Source: Candidatus Bathyarchaeota archaeon (GTDB taxonomy: Archaea > Thermoproteota > CALKCG01 > B24 > DRYS01). Taken from it: DNA of 64,000 nt. The stretch spans positions 1-64,000 of the forward strand of contig JAGTQC010000005.1 of NCBI GenBank assembly GCA_018396535.1, read 5' to 3'. Numbering within the stretch: the stretch's first letter is position 1; every line of letters begins with the position of its first letter. The notes under the pieces were generated by a model that searched no databases, had not been told where the DNA came from, and worked only from the letters and a program-made list of their open reading frames with translations. Positions 46,611 through 56,504 of this stretch are shown piece after piece. The translations under genes and the position numbers were made by a program.

Positions 46611-48458
46611 CTATTTAAAACTTTTGAATCCTATTAGCTCCATATACGGTATGCCTAGAGAGCTAAGGTATATCCTATGGAAATCTGGATCAACTGCTAT
46701 CTCCACATACTTTACGCGTCTAGCTATATCTATAGCCTTATTCATCTCGTCGTTATTTTTCAGGATTAGCCTAGCACCTGAGCCTGCGGTATTACCTAGG
46801 AATACCACTCTATCTGATGGTATATCTGGAATTAATCCTATAATCTTCGCGCTTTCAGGATTGATATATGTACCGAAAGCTCCAGCTACTAGAACTTTAC
46901 TTAGATCCTCCACTCTTGCTCCATAATGCTTTAACAGTATGAGCCACCCGGTTTCTATAGCTGCCTTCGCCTTCTGCACCTCTCTCACATCCCTCTGTGA
47001 TATAACTATATCTTCACCTATAGCCGTCTCCTCAGACCATGCTAGTATGAATTCACGTCCAGTAGCTGTACTTCTAATCCTAGGATTACTTGTACGATCG
47101 GTTATCGCTCCTCTAGAGTCTATTACACCTACGCGATACATTTCAGCTACAGCATCTATTATACCTGAGCCGCATATCCCTCGAGGTTTAACAGAGCCTA
47201 TAGTCGTATACTCTACGTTCAACCCGTTGCTAGATATCTTTACCCTTTCTATAGCTCCCTCTACCGCCTTCATACCGTATCTTATCTCCATCCCCTCGAA
47301 AGCTGGGCCTGAAGCTGCTGAGCAGCATAGGAGTAGATTTCTATCGCCTAGGACTATCTCAGTATTAGTTCCTATATCTAGTAGCAAGGTTAACTCATCA
47401 GATTCGTATATTCTAGAAGCTAGTATATCCGCTACGGCGTCTGCACCTACGAAGCCTGCTATATTCGGTGGGCTGTATATATATGCGGATTTATTAACGT
47501 TCAAACCTAGTGTCGAAGCTTTAGCTTTGATAGGATGGACGGATACAGCTGGGTATGGTGAATATACCAGACTTGTTGGATCTATACCGTAGAATATATG
47601 ATGCATCGCTGTATTACCTACTAGAGTAACCTTATATATCGAGTTTTGATCTACACCTATCATACGGCATATACTCGATACTAGATCGTTTATAGCATCT
47701 ACGACTATGATCCTTAGCTTCTCAAGATTCTCCTCAGATTCGAGTATGTATGAGATGCGTGATACTATATCCTCCCCATAGGCGATCTGAGGATTAACAA
47801 TCCCATCCCCGTATAGAGTCTCTCCTGTCGATAAATCCACTATGAATGCTGCTATCTTTGTCGATCCTAGATCTATCGCAAGTCCATATAGACTGCTCCT
47901 AGTATCTCCTCCATCTATATCTATCACCTCTTCTCCATCGATTGTCACTGTTATCCCCATATACTTTAAAGCTTTAGGTAGCTTTCTTAGAGCTTCTAAT
48001 GAGAACGATGAGATGTTAAACCCGAGCTTCGTAAGAGCTTCTCTTACTATACTCTCGTATGGCTTTACGTTTTCGAGCGTAGGCTTATCGATCTTTAGGT
48101 AGACCTTCATAATCCCAGGTTTAGCTTCTACGCTAGGTTCGTATCCGATTATCGAGAGTCTCTGTTTTACTAGTGAAGCTCTATTCTGCATGACATCTAC
48201 AATAGTATCTCCTATCAGCTTAGCTTGGCAAGCTAGTCTGAAGCCTGAGTCTATCATTCTATCAAGATGTTTCTTCTCAGCTTCTGTGGGGGCTGTTAAG
48301 CTATCTTTAACGATCCTAACTCTGCATTTGCCACATATACCTCTACCTCCGCATATAGCTGGAAGTTGTATAGATGCTCTTCTCAAAGCTTCGAGTAGCG
48401 TCAGCTCGGTATCCACCTGTATTCTTAAACCATCTGGTAGGATTGTAACTATAGGCAA
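46611..48458 (-). CDS. ASKHA-domain ATP-dependent reductive activator of corrinoid proteins (RACo/DUF4445-like) with N-terminal 2Fe-2S
   Basis: CGG.G.CGKC...RLACQ; AIDLGST; NPQ..YG.D..SR; GNTAM.H; GFVGAD; DIGTN.E; SAA.GPAFEG; GICGSG; AGAFG; GN..G.GA. Confidence 0.88.
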   Translation of the reverse strand: MPIVTILPDGLRIQVDTELTLLEALRRASIQLPAICGGRGICGKCRVRIVKDSLTAPTEAEKKHLDRMIDSGFRLACQAKLIGDTIVDVMQNRASLVKQRLSIIGYEPSVEAKPGIMKVYLKIDKPTLENVKPYESIVREALTKLGFNISSFSLEALRKLPKALKYMGITVTIDGEEVIDIDGGDTRSSLYGLAIDLGSTKIAAFIVDLSTGETLYGDGIVNPQIAYGEDIVSRISYILESEENLEKLRIIVVDAINDLVSSICRMIGVDQNSIYKVTLVGNTAMHHIFYGIDPTSLVYSPYPAVSVHPIKAKASTLGLNVNKSAYIYSPPNIAGFVGADAVADILASRIYESDELTLLLDIGTNTEIVLGDRNLLLCCSAASGPAFEGMEIRYGMKAVEGAIERVKISSNGLNVEYTTIGSVKPRGICGSGIIDAVAEMYRVGVIDSRGAITDRTSNPRIRSTATGREFILAWSEETAIGEDIVISQRDVREVQKAKAAIETGWLILLKHYGARVEDLSKVLVAGAFGTYINPESAKIIGLIPDIPSDRVVFLGNTAGSGARLILKNNDEMNKAIDIARRVKYVEIAVDPDFHRIYLSSLGIPYMELIGFKSFK

Positions 48459-48475
48459 ACCGGTATCATCCTCTC

Positions 48476-49399
48476 CTACTCTATAAACTCTACATCATCT
48501 ATTATCCCGTCTGAATCCGTATCTAAACCTCTAACGATCCTGCATTTAACTCTACGATCATGCATGTTCCCTTCCATAGCCTTATCCGTATACCTTATGA
48601 AACCTACTATAGCTGCTCTAGTTCCTCTAAATCCTTTACCAGCTAGGACTAGGATGACCCTACCCTTCGAGAAGGGGTTCTCTATCCTAGCTATAAGTCC
48701 TATATGCTTCTCTAGGTATCTTCTACCGGATAACGGGGAGTATATAGTCCAATCCTTAAGATCTTCTGAATACTCGAAGTATACTGGTAGGAAACGGTTA
48801 ACTTCATCTGTTAGCATATTCGATTTAGGTCCTCCAACTAGTATTAGATTACCGTTTTTATCCTCTGTTTTAACTTGTGTATCTAATTTATACGCTATAT
48901 CTACGCTCTTATTCAGAAACGATCCCAGAAATAATGCTAGATCTATAGCCGAATATCCATCTGAGGCTGCGTATCCATAGCGTCCATGAGGATCTGGGCT
49001 ACCTATAACTATCAGAGCGTTGAATAATCCATCTTCTATGAATGGGTGTAGAGCTGGTATAGCTTCGATCCTATGGAAGGATAGTCTACCTACAGGCTTC
49101 ACTCCGGGTGGTAGTATGAGTATACCTGAAGGATTCAATCTGTATACTTTACATCTACGTCCATCTACATCCTCTAGCGTCCACTCGATTATACCTGCTT
49201 CTATTAGACGCTTTATATGGTAGGATAGTCTCTGTATTGTTAGGGATAAGCTTCTACTTAGATCTGATAGAGTATACGGTTTAACGGATAGCTCCTCCAC
49301 TATTTTAAGCGATATATCTGTACCTAGTATTTTCATAGTTTTAGGGTTATCTATAACCCTGCACTGGTAGATCCTACCATCGTTATCCACTACATACAT
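48476..49399 (-). CDS. ArsR-like HTH regulator fused to an uncharacterised C-terminal domain
   Basis: N-terminal wHTH (LS..L......LSYH...L..AGII); C-terminal IVIGSPDPHG, NLILVGGP.SN, AG....GT.AA. Confidence 0.7.
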   Translation of the reverse strand: MYVVDNDGRIYQCRVIDNPKTMKILGTDISLKIVEELSVKPYTLSDLSRSLSLTIQRLSYHIKRLIEAGIIEWTLEDVDGRRCKVYRLNPSGILILPPGVKPVGRLSFHRIEAIPALHPFIEDGLFNALIVIGSPDPHGRYGYAASDGYSAIDLALFLGSFLNKSVDIAYKLDTQVKTEDKNGNLILVGGPKSNMLTDEVNRFLPVYFEYSEDLKDWTIYSPLSGRRYLEKHIGLIARIENPFSKGRVILVLAGKGFRGTRAAIVGFIRYTDKAMEGNMHDRRVKCRIVRGLDTDSDGIIDDVEFIE

Positions 49400-49444
49400 A
49401 TGGATCGCTCTACAGTTTAGAGTTTATAATGATGGTATTAGAAC

Positions 49445-50461
49445 TTAAGGTTTAACTATAACTTTAATAGGGTTTCTAAGCTCTCTCTTTAGAGCTTGCT
49501 CCACCTTATCTAGCGTTATCCTATGCGTTATCAGCTTATCTACATCTATACTTCTAGAAGCTATCATCGATATAGCTCTACCCATAGAGTATGGGTTTAT
49601 GAAGCTTCCGAGTATAGCTAGTTCGTATCTATACAGGATGTAGGGGTTTACGTACGCCTTATCCTCTTCTGGAGCTACACCGAATACAAGGATCCTTCCT
49701 CCTCGGCCGATTATCCTTAAAGCCTCCTCTAGATATCGAGCTCCACCGACGGCTTCTATTACTACATCTACTCCTAAACCCGCTGTCTCCCTATGTACGA
49801 CCTCCTGTAGATCCTCCTCGATCGGATCTACCACTATATCTGCTCCTAGTTCAGCTGCTAGTTTTCTTCTAGATTCTATAGGCTCTGAGACTATAGTAAG
49901 TACTGCTCCTAAAAGCTTAGCTAGCTGTAGGTGTATGAGACCTATAGGTCCAGCTCCTATTATCGCAGCTGTGAATCCAGGTTTCGGTGATATCCTATCC
50001 CAACCGTGTATGCAGCAGCTAACTGGTTCTACGAGAGCAGCTTCATCGAATGATATGCTACCTGGAATCCTATAGGTTTGGTTAGCCGGTACGCTGATAT
50101 ACTCTGCAAAGGCTCCATCTCTAACGACGCCTATCGGAGTCCACTCTAAGCATAAATGTATTCTTCCAGATCTACAGTATACGCATCGACCGCATACTAT
50201 GGTTGGATCGGCTACTACCCTATCGCCTACAGATATATACTTCGATGCCTCTCTACCTACCTCTACTACTCTACCTGAGAATTCGTGTCCAGGGATTATA
50301 GGGTATCTAGCTATCCCAGCCTTCCCCTCATATATATGTACATCTGTACCGCATACACCGCATGATTCTACTCTAATCAATACATCACATGGGCCTATAC
50401 TAGGTTGGTCTACATCGATTATCCTAAGGGAGAATGGTGCATCTATACGTGCAGCCTTCGT
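49445..50461 (-). CDS. Zinc-dependent (polyol/sorbitol-type) dehydrogenase
   Basis: CGVCGTD, GHEFSG, C..C..C.......C, EP.SC, GAGPIG; probable ACG start at 50461 (the track uses GTG 50470). Confidence 0.9.
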   Translation of the reverse strand, partial: TKAARIDAPFSLRIIDVDQPSIGPCDVLIRVESCGVCGTDVHIYEGKAGIARYPIIPGHEFSGRVVEVGREASKYISVGDRVVADPTIVCGRCVYCRSGRIHLCLEWTPIGVVRDGAFAEYISVPANQTYRIPGSISFDEAALVEPVSCCIHGWDRISPKPGFTAAIIGAGPIGLIHLQLAKLLGAVLTIVSEPIESRRKLAAELGADIVVDPIEEDLQEVVHRETAGLGVDVVIEAVGGARYLEEALRIIGRGGRILVFGVAPEEDKAYVNPYILYRYELAILGSFINPYSMGRAISMIASRSIDVDKLITHRITLDKVEQALKRELRNPIKVIVKP

Positions 50462-50609
50462 AGCTATCACCTCTCTACATGACCCAGTATGGCTAATATA
50501 GGGTATTTTAATCCTGCTATATCCATGAGATCCCTTTATCCTTGAGGTCTACATATATAGGAAAAGGTTATATGCCTATCTGGTTTTCTATTGAAGGACG
50601 GTGATCTAT

Positions 50610-52805
50610 ATGGAATGTAAAGATATACTTAATCTATTGAAATCTATTGAACCTGAAAAACTACCTGAGATACCTGATAGCTTGGATCACGTCGATCACA
50701 TCGTTAAGACCGCTTTAAGAGGCTATCCTGAGTTAGCTGCAGATCATCTCCTAAACCCTGAGCTTAGAGGTGAATTGAGTAGGATTATAGGTGATATAGT
50801 GAGACAGTTGGATCTAGTATTCGAAGGCTCAGCTATACTCGGCGATAAGGATATCGTAGTGAAGAGAGCGCGATCATATCATCTACTATTAGAGATAGCT
50901 TTAAACCTATTTGGATACGAGAGGATTCTAGCTGGTTTCTCGGATTGTGAGGTAGAGGATAGCATCCAGTATATAGAGAATGCGCTCTCCAGATGGGAAT
51001 CCATAGAGAGGAGGTGTAGCGGGGATGGAGCGCCTATAGCTGAAGCTGTTGTTAGATTATTAATAAGCGATATGAAGAAGGTTATGGCTAGTAACCCGAG
51101 AGCTGAGGGTATGGTTGCGGTTATGGGTAGATCTGTTGAAGCTCAGCTTAACCCTGATTGCTGGACTGTAAGCTTCCTTAGAGCTATGAAGAAGGAGATA
51201 GAGAGTAACATCTACTATAAGCTTAGCCGCCTCGGATTTTGTAGGTTTGGTAATGACTACGCCTTAGGTTTGAGATGGCTTCGTAGACTCGGATATGTTC
51301 AGGTATCTACTAACCCAACTTTAGCAGCTATAGCTTACGATGATGATCCATCGCTTTGGAATGTATTCCGCAAGGTATTGAGGGATGAGGTTGCTAAAAC
51401 TAATCCGGAGTGGCTTAGGGATCCAGCTAGGTATAGCGATGAACTAGCTATGAGGGCGACTATGGTTGCATTATGGCCTAACATGGAGGTTTTCAGACCG
51501 ATATTCTTCCTAAGAGAGTATAAGGATGGTATGATAAGCTATCAGTTAAACCCGAATGTAGCTGATAGTGTGGAAGGTAGTTTGAAAGATGCGTTTAAGA
51601 TCTATACATCGGCTCAGGAATACTTCAAGAAGTATGATGCGTATCTATTATGGGGCTACTCTGCTAAGATCGAGCGTGGTAGGCCTAATATAGTCTTTAA
51701 GGTTGCGGGTAGCTCGCCTGCGGCGATAGATATAACTAGGGAGCTTGAATCCCGTGGTATAGGTACGAATAATACTGTAACCTTCACCGTATCTCAGGAG
51801 GCTACTTTGATCATAGCTAAGATAGAGGGTATGGTAGATGCTGTTAAACGCGGTGTAAGGATTACGAGATGCTATGAGACGACTATGGGTGGACGGCTTG
51901 ATGATCATATGCGTGAGTATGTAGCAGCCTACTTCGTTAAGAAGGCTCTAGCTAAGCTTAGGAGTGATGTAGAGAAGGAGGAGGCTTTGAAGGTTCTAGC
52001 TTCTATGGTGAAGGCATCTATAAAGATGGAGCCTGATGGTAGGTGGATAGGTCCTACTGGATGGGGTTATGATCTCGTTGCTTCTACGGTAGATGAGAAG
52101 GTGGAGCTTATATGTTCTAGAGCGTATATACGACCCCTACATAGGGATGGATTTGCAGAATTCCTAGTTAGGTATGGTGTTTTCGAGTGTGGTGTGGAAG
52201 AGGCTAGGAGGATTCTCGAAGAGGCTGAGAGAGCTATAGGTTATGGTGGAATACTAGTTAGTCAAAGAGTTTGGTCTCTATTCTTTAGTAGGGAGAATAA
52301 GCAGAAGTGGATCGGCTACCTAATATCTAAGTATGGGCTTACAGCTGAGCAGGCTGCTGAGATAATGGATGTTATAGATGTACTACCAGCATCTAAGAGG
52401 AAGCCTGATGAAACCCTATTAACTTTAGCGGGTAATAATATGACTAATACAGAGTTTCCGGATCAGCAGATGGCTGTTGTTAAAGCTACTGGTAGCTCAT
52501 CGTTTAGGTTAGAGGATTATGAGTATTCTATACTTAAAAAGCATGATGAGAAGATAATTGAATGGCTTATGAAGTGGGATGACTTCGTAAAGGCGTTCGA
52601 ATTAACCCCTCAGCTTAGGGAGAAGTTCGAAGAGGTTGGTATAGATGTATCTGGGATGGGTGAGAGAGGATTGCAGCCTGAGGAGTGGAGTAGCTTCGGA
52701 TCGACGTATAAGACTATGAGAGGGTTTAGGCAATCTTATCTAACGTTTAGAGAGAAGGTTGTGAATATAGCTAGGGAAGTTGCTAGGGAGCTCTCCATAA
52801 CCTAG
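50610..52805 (+). CDS. Extended transaldolase-family protein (~731 aa)
   Basis: STNPT, NIVFKV (Schiff-base Lys), GI.TN.T..F..SQ, GRLDD; about 210-aa N-terminal extension. Confidence 0.75.
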   Translation: MECKDILNLLKSIEPEKLPEIPDSLDHVDHIVKTALRGYPELAADHLLNPELRGELSRIIGDIVRQLDLVFEGSAILGDKDIVVKRARSYHLLLEIALNLFGYERILAGFSDCEVEDSIQYIENALSRWESIERRCSGDGAPIAEAVVRLLISDMKKVMASNPRAEGMVAVMGRSVEAQLNPDCWTVSFLRAMKKEIESNIYYKLSRLGFCRFGNDYALGLRWLRRLGYVQVSTNPTLAAIAYDDDPSLWNVFRKVLRDEVAKTNPEWLRDPARYSDELAMRATMVALWPNMEVFRPIFFLREYKDGMISYQLNPNVADSVEGSLKDAFKIYTSAQEYFKKYDAYLLWGYSAKIERGRPNIVFKVAGSSPAAIDITRELESRGIGTNNTVTFTVSQEATLIIAKIEGMVDAVKRGVRITRCYETTMGGRLDDHMREYVAAYFVKKALAKLRSDVEKEEALKVLASMVKASIKMEPDGRWIGPTGWGYDLVASTVDEKVELICSRAYIRPLHRDGFAEFLVRYGVFECGVEEARRILEEAERAIGYGGILVSQRVWSLFFSRENKQKWIGYLISKYGLTAEQAAEIMDVIDVLPASKRKPDETLLTLAGNNMTNTEFPDQQMAVVKATGSSSFRLEDYEYSILKKHDEKIIEWLMKWDDFVKAFELTPQLREKFEEVGIDVSGMGERGLQPEEWSSFGSTYKTMRGFRQSYLTFREKVVNIAREVARELSIT

Positions 52806-52867
52806 TTTTCTAAATATTAATTAATGCTTTTTAGCCAGTATGTATATGTCTGTATTGCGGTGATCTT

Positions 52868-53881
52868 ATGGCTAGACCTAAGGTATACGTAACGAGGAAG
52901 ATCCCCTCACCTGGCTTAGAGATTATAGGTGAATACTGTGATTATGAGTTGTGGCCTGATGTAGAGTATCCTCCACCGAGGAGTGTCCTGATAGAGAAGT
53001 TGAGGGATAAGGATGGACTCCTATGCTTACTAACAGATAGGATAGATGCAGAGGTTATGGATGCCGCGCCTAATCTTAAAGTGATAAGTACGTATAGTGT
53101 AGGCTATGATCATATAGATATAGAGGCTGCGACTAAGAGGGGTATCTACGTTTGCTATACTCCAGGTGTACTTACCAATGCTACAGCTGATTTTACTTGG
53201 GCTTTAATGCTAGCAGCGGCTAGGAGGGTATGTGAAGCTGATAGGTATGTGAGGAGTGGTAGGTGGGATAAGCCTTGGAATCCGTTTATGCTTCTAGGCG
53301 TGGATGTATATGGTAAAACCCTTGGTATAATAGGGTTGGGTAGGATAGGGAGGGCTGTAGCTGAGAGAGCTAGAGGCTTTAATATGAAGGTTATATACTA
53401 CGATCTATATAGGCTTTCTCCGAGTGAGGAGGCTAAGCTTGGGGTTGAGTATAGAAGTTTAGAGGATGTTTTAAGGAGTGCCGACTTCGTAAGCATCCAT
53501 GTACCTCTAAGTAAGGAGACGTATCATCTTATAGGTGAGAGGGAGCTTAGATTGATGAAGCCTTCTGCGATATTAGTTAATACTTCTAGAGGCCCAGTCG
53601 TCGATGAGAAGGCTTTGTATAAGGCTTTGAAGGAGGGTTGGATTAGAGCTGCAGGTATAGATGTATGGGAGCAGGAGCCTACACCTAAAGATAATCCTCT
53701 ACTAACGCTCGATAACATAGTGGTTGCACCGCATATAGCTAGTGCTTCTGAGGAAGCTAGATCTAGTATGGCTGAGATGGCTGCTAGGAATCTTGTAGCG
53801 GTATTGAAGGGTGAGATGCCTCCAGCTTTAGCTAACCCGGATGTATTGAAGATTAGACCTCTTAGTAAAGTTAAGGTATAG
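52868..53881 (+). CDS. gyaR: Glyoxylate reductase / D-2-hydroxyacid dehydrogenase
   Basis: VGYDHID, TPGVLT.ATAD, GLGRIG, NTSRG.VVDE, DV.E.EP, PHIASA. Confidence 0.88.
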   Translation: MARPKVYVTRKIPSPGLEIIGEYCDYELWPDVEYPPPRSVLIEKLRDKDGLLCLLTDRIDAEVMDAAPNLKVISTYSVGYDHIDIEAATKRGIYVCYTPGVLTNATADFTWALMLAAARRVCEADRYVRSGRWDKPWNPFMLLGVDVYGKTLGIIGLGRIGRAVAERARGFNMKVIYYDLYRLSPSEEAKLGVEYRSLEDVLRSADFVSIHVPLSKETYHLIGERELRLMKPSAILVNTSRGPVVDEKALYKALKEGWIRAAGIDVWEQEPTPKDNPLLTLDNIVVAPHIASASEEARSSMAEMAARNLVAVLKGEMPPALANPDVLKIRPLSKVKV

Positions 53882-53891
53882 CTTAGTATCC

Positions 53892-54743
53892 CTATCCCCT
53901 GAATACCCATCTGATATATCTCATACATATCCTAGATCTACACCGTCTCCTTTTCACAGATAGTAGTAGTGCTAGTATGTATATGGATAGCATGGTTACG
54001 CCTATAACCCCGCTTACAGGTAGGTTTGCTACAACCGCTATTATAAATCCTGTTATAGATGATATGAGCGTTATAGATATGGCTTGGTTTCTAAGTTTCT
54101 CGAAGCTATGTGCGAATTCGTAGGCGATTATAGCTGGAGCTGCTATGAATAGCTCTGTGAGTAGTGCTCCTACGACTCTAAGGTTTACTACGGTACATAG
54201 GGATGCTAATATTAGTATGAGGTATCTGTAGAATTTTATATTTAACCCGTATGCCTCCGAAGATTCTGGATCAAATAACGTATACTTGAGTTCACCGTGG
54301 AATAATATTAGTACGATGATTACGATTATACTTACTGATACGAGTTCTATAAGTTCGTAATCCGTTATTCCTAGTACATCCCCTACTAGGAAACGCCAGG
54401 CGGAGGATATGTATGGGCTGCTTAAAGCTATAGCTAGAACAGCTATAGCTGTAGATGATCCGAATATTATACCTACAGACATATCACTCCTCCCCCCTAT
54501 CCTCTCCTCACTGTATCCCGATAGGATCGCGAACAGTATACTCGTAGCTACAGCTCCGATCAACGGGTTGATACCTAGGGTTATAGCTATCGTAGCTCCA
54601 GCTAGAGCTGCGTGAGCTAGAGCTGCACCTAATGCTGATAAACCTCTCAATACCATATGGACGCTAATATTAGCAGAGACTATGCTAGCTATCACGATGG
54701 CTATGAAGGCTTTGACTATTAGTATCGGTATGTTTTCAAGCAT
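53892..54743 (-). CDS. znuB: Zn/Mn ABC transporter permease
   Basis: AL.HAAL.G, FL.GD.LG, FD.E.....G, VVGALL. Confidence 0.85.
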   Translation of the reverse strand: MLENIPILIVKAFIAIVIASIVSANISVHMVLRGLSALGAALAHAALAGATIAITLGINPLIGAVATSILFAILSGYSEERIGGRSDMSVGIIFGSSTAIAVLAIALSSPYISSAWRFLVGDVLGITDYELIELVSVSIIVIIVLILFHGELKYTLFDPESSEAYGLNIKFYRYLILILASLCTVVNLRVVGALLTELFIAAPAIIAYEFAHSFEKLRNQAISITLISSITGFIIAVVANLPVSGVIGVTMLSIYILALLLSVKRRRCRSRICMRYIRWVFRG

Positions 54744-55512
54744 GGGAATCCATACCACCCATAAACTTTACTCCATTCCTCGTATAGAAGTGTACTGGAC
54801 GCATATATGTTTCCTCTAGTAATTTCTCATCTAGTGTATCTTCTACATCACCGTATGCTATCAAGCGTCTATTTAGGAGGAGTATCTTAGTAGCGTATTC
54901 TATGAGTGGTGTTGCATCGTGGAGGACTACTATGATACATACATCTTTACTATACTCTTCGCGTATCATATCGATTATATCCTTTATGGATGGGGAGTCT
55001 ATGGCTGAGAACGGTTCATCTAATAATAGTATTTTAGGTCGTGAAGCTAACGCTCTCGCTATCAGTACCTTCTGTTGTTGCCCACTAGATAGGTGAGAGT
55101 ATGGCTCGCTCCACAGTTTATCTACACCTAATCTACGAGCTATATCTAGAGCTTCCTCCTCATCCTCATATGTAATAATCCTTGGGGGTGTTTTAGAAAG
55201 GAGTCTACCCATAAGGATTACATCTCTAACTAGCATAGGCATCCTAGGATCTATCCTCTCTCTCTGAGGGGTATAGCCTATAAGCCTCCTTATCGATCTA
55301 TCTCTATAAGGATCCTTACCTAGTACTCGAACCGATCCGGATGATGGTTTTAATATCCCCACGATCAACTTTAGTAGCGTAGTCTTCCCAGCTCCATTAG
55401 GACCTAGTACTAGTAGAAGCTCGGGTCTATTTATAGTGAAGCATATATCCGAGAGTATAGGTACACCCTCTATCTCTATATACACGTTTTCTAACTCTAT
55501 AAGAGGCTCCAT
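54736..55512 (-). CDS. znuC: Zn/Mn ABC transporter ATP-binding protein
   Basis: GPNGAGKTT, LSSGQQQK, LLLDEP, LHD. Confidence 0.88.
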   Translation of the reverse strand: MEPLIELENVYIEIEGVPILSDICFTINRPELLLVLGPNGAGKTTLLKLIVGILKPSSGSVRVLGKDPYRDRSIRRLIGYTPQRERIDPRMPMLVRDVILMGRLLSKTPPRIITYEDEEEALDIARRLGVDKLWSEPYSHLSSGQQQKVLIARALASRPKILLLDEPFSAIDSPSIKDIIDMIREEYSKDVCIIVVLHDATPLIEYATKILLLNRRLIAYGDVEDTLDEKLLEETYMRPVHFYTRNGVKFMGGMDSHA

Positions 55513-56495
55513 TAGCTAGCACCTCTATACCTCCTAAATGTTATCGTGAGTATGAGGATGAAGGTAGCTGCGGCCAATAGAGGTATATACTGCATCGAGT
55601 GGTATCCCTCCCTAAAGTATCCAAGTTTTAAATTAGCTAGAGATACTATTAATCCATAGGATACTATCTTAATATACTCTATGTAGCTATCTTCATATCC
55701 GGTTGGGAGAGGGTTGAATACTACGATAGGTGCACCTACATCTTTTGAAATCTCGCTTGCAATCCTACCTTCATCAAGCTCGTACTCTAATAGATGAACG
55801 ATTATAGCATCTGCAGATCTAGCTAACTCTCTAAACTCGGTGATATCCCTCGGTGCTACAGTTCTCTCTCCTCTAACCAGTATACCGGCAATCTCTATAC
55901 CCATATAATCTAGTAGTGGCTCCATATGCGATCCGGCTAGAGCCACCTTCAACCCATCCAATCTATATAGGGATTTACAGTTTTTAATCCATCCGGATAT
56001 AGCAGATATACTTTTATTAAACTGTTCGAATCTATACCTGTAGTATTCCTCCCTCCATGGATCTATAATCGATAGCGTCATATACAATGCTCTAGCTATA
56101 ACTATAGCATTCGATGGGTAGAGCCATACATAGTGTGGATTACCTCCAGGTATATACATGCTACTACTCCAATTCTCCCATCCAAGCTTGATAGCTTGTA
56201 CATCCTCAAAATATCCGAGGAATTCCTCTCTACCAACGCATACGAATATATCTGCATTCTCTAGAAGTAGTCTATCTTTAGGTTTAGGTGCATATACGTG
56301 CGGATCTATGAAGGCTGGTACTATAGTAGCAACTTCTACTAGATCTCCCCCGATATCTCTAGCTATCAAAGCTAGAGGCTCTATGGTAGCTATTATCCTA
56401 ATCCTATCGTTAACTGGTAGTGCTACTATACTAGATAATCCTATCAATAGCGTGAACTGTATTAGGAGTAGGTTTAAAAGTGGTAGTATACGCAT
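55512..56495 (-). CDS. znuA: Zn/Mn ABC transporter substrate-binding protein
   Basis: DPH.Y.P.P.D, NPHYVWL.P; signal peptide and C-terminal TM anchor. Confidence 0.85.
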   Translation of the reverse strand: MRILPLLNLLLIQFTLLIGLSSIVALPVNDRIRIIATIEPLALIARDIGGDLVEVATIVPAFIDPHVYAPKPKDRLLLENADIFVCVGREEFLGYFEDVQAIKLGWENWSSSMYIPGGNPHYVWLYPSNAIVIARALYMTLSIIDPWREEYYRYRFEQFNKSISAISGWIKNCKSLYRLDGLKVALAGSHMEPLLDYMGIEIAGILVRGERTVAPRDITEFRELARSADAIIVHLLEYELDEGRIASEISKDVGAPIVVFNPLPTGYEDSYIEYIKIVSYGLIVSLANLKLGYFREGYHSMQYIPLLAAATFILILTITFRRYRGAS

Positions 56496-56504
56496 ATGAA
56501 CCCC

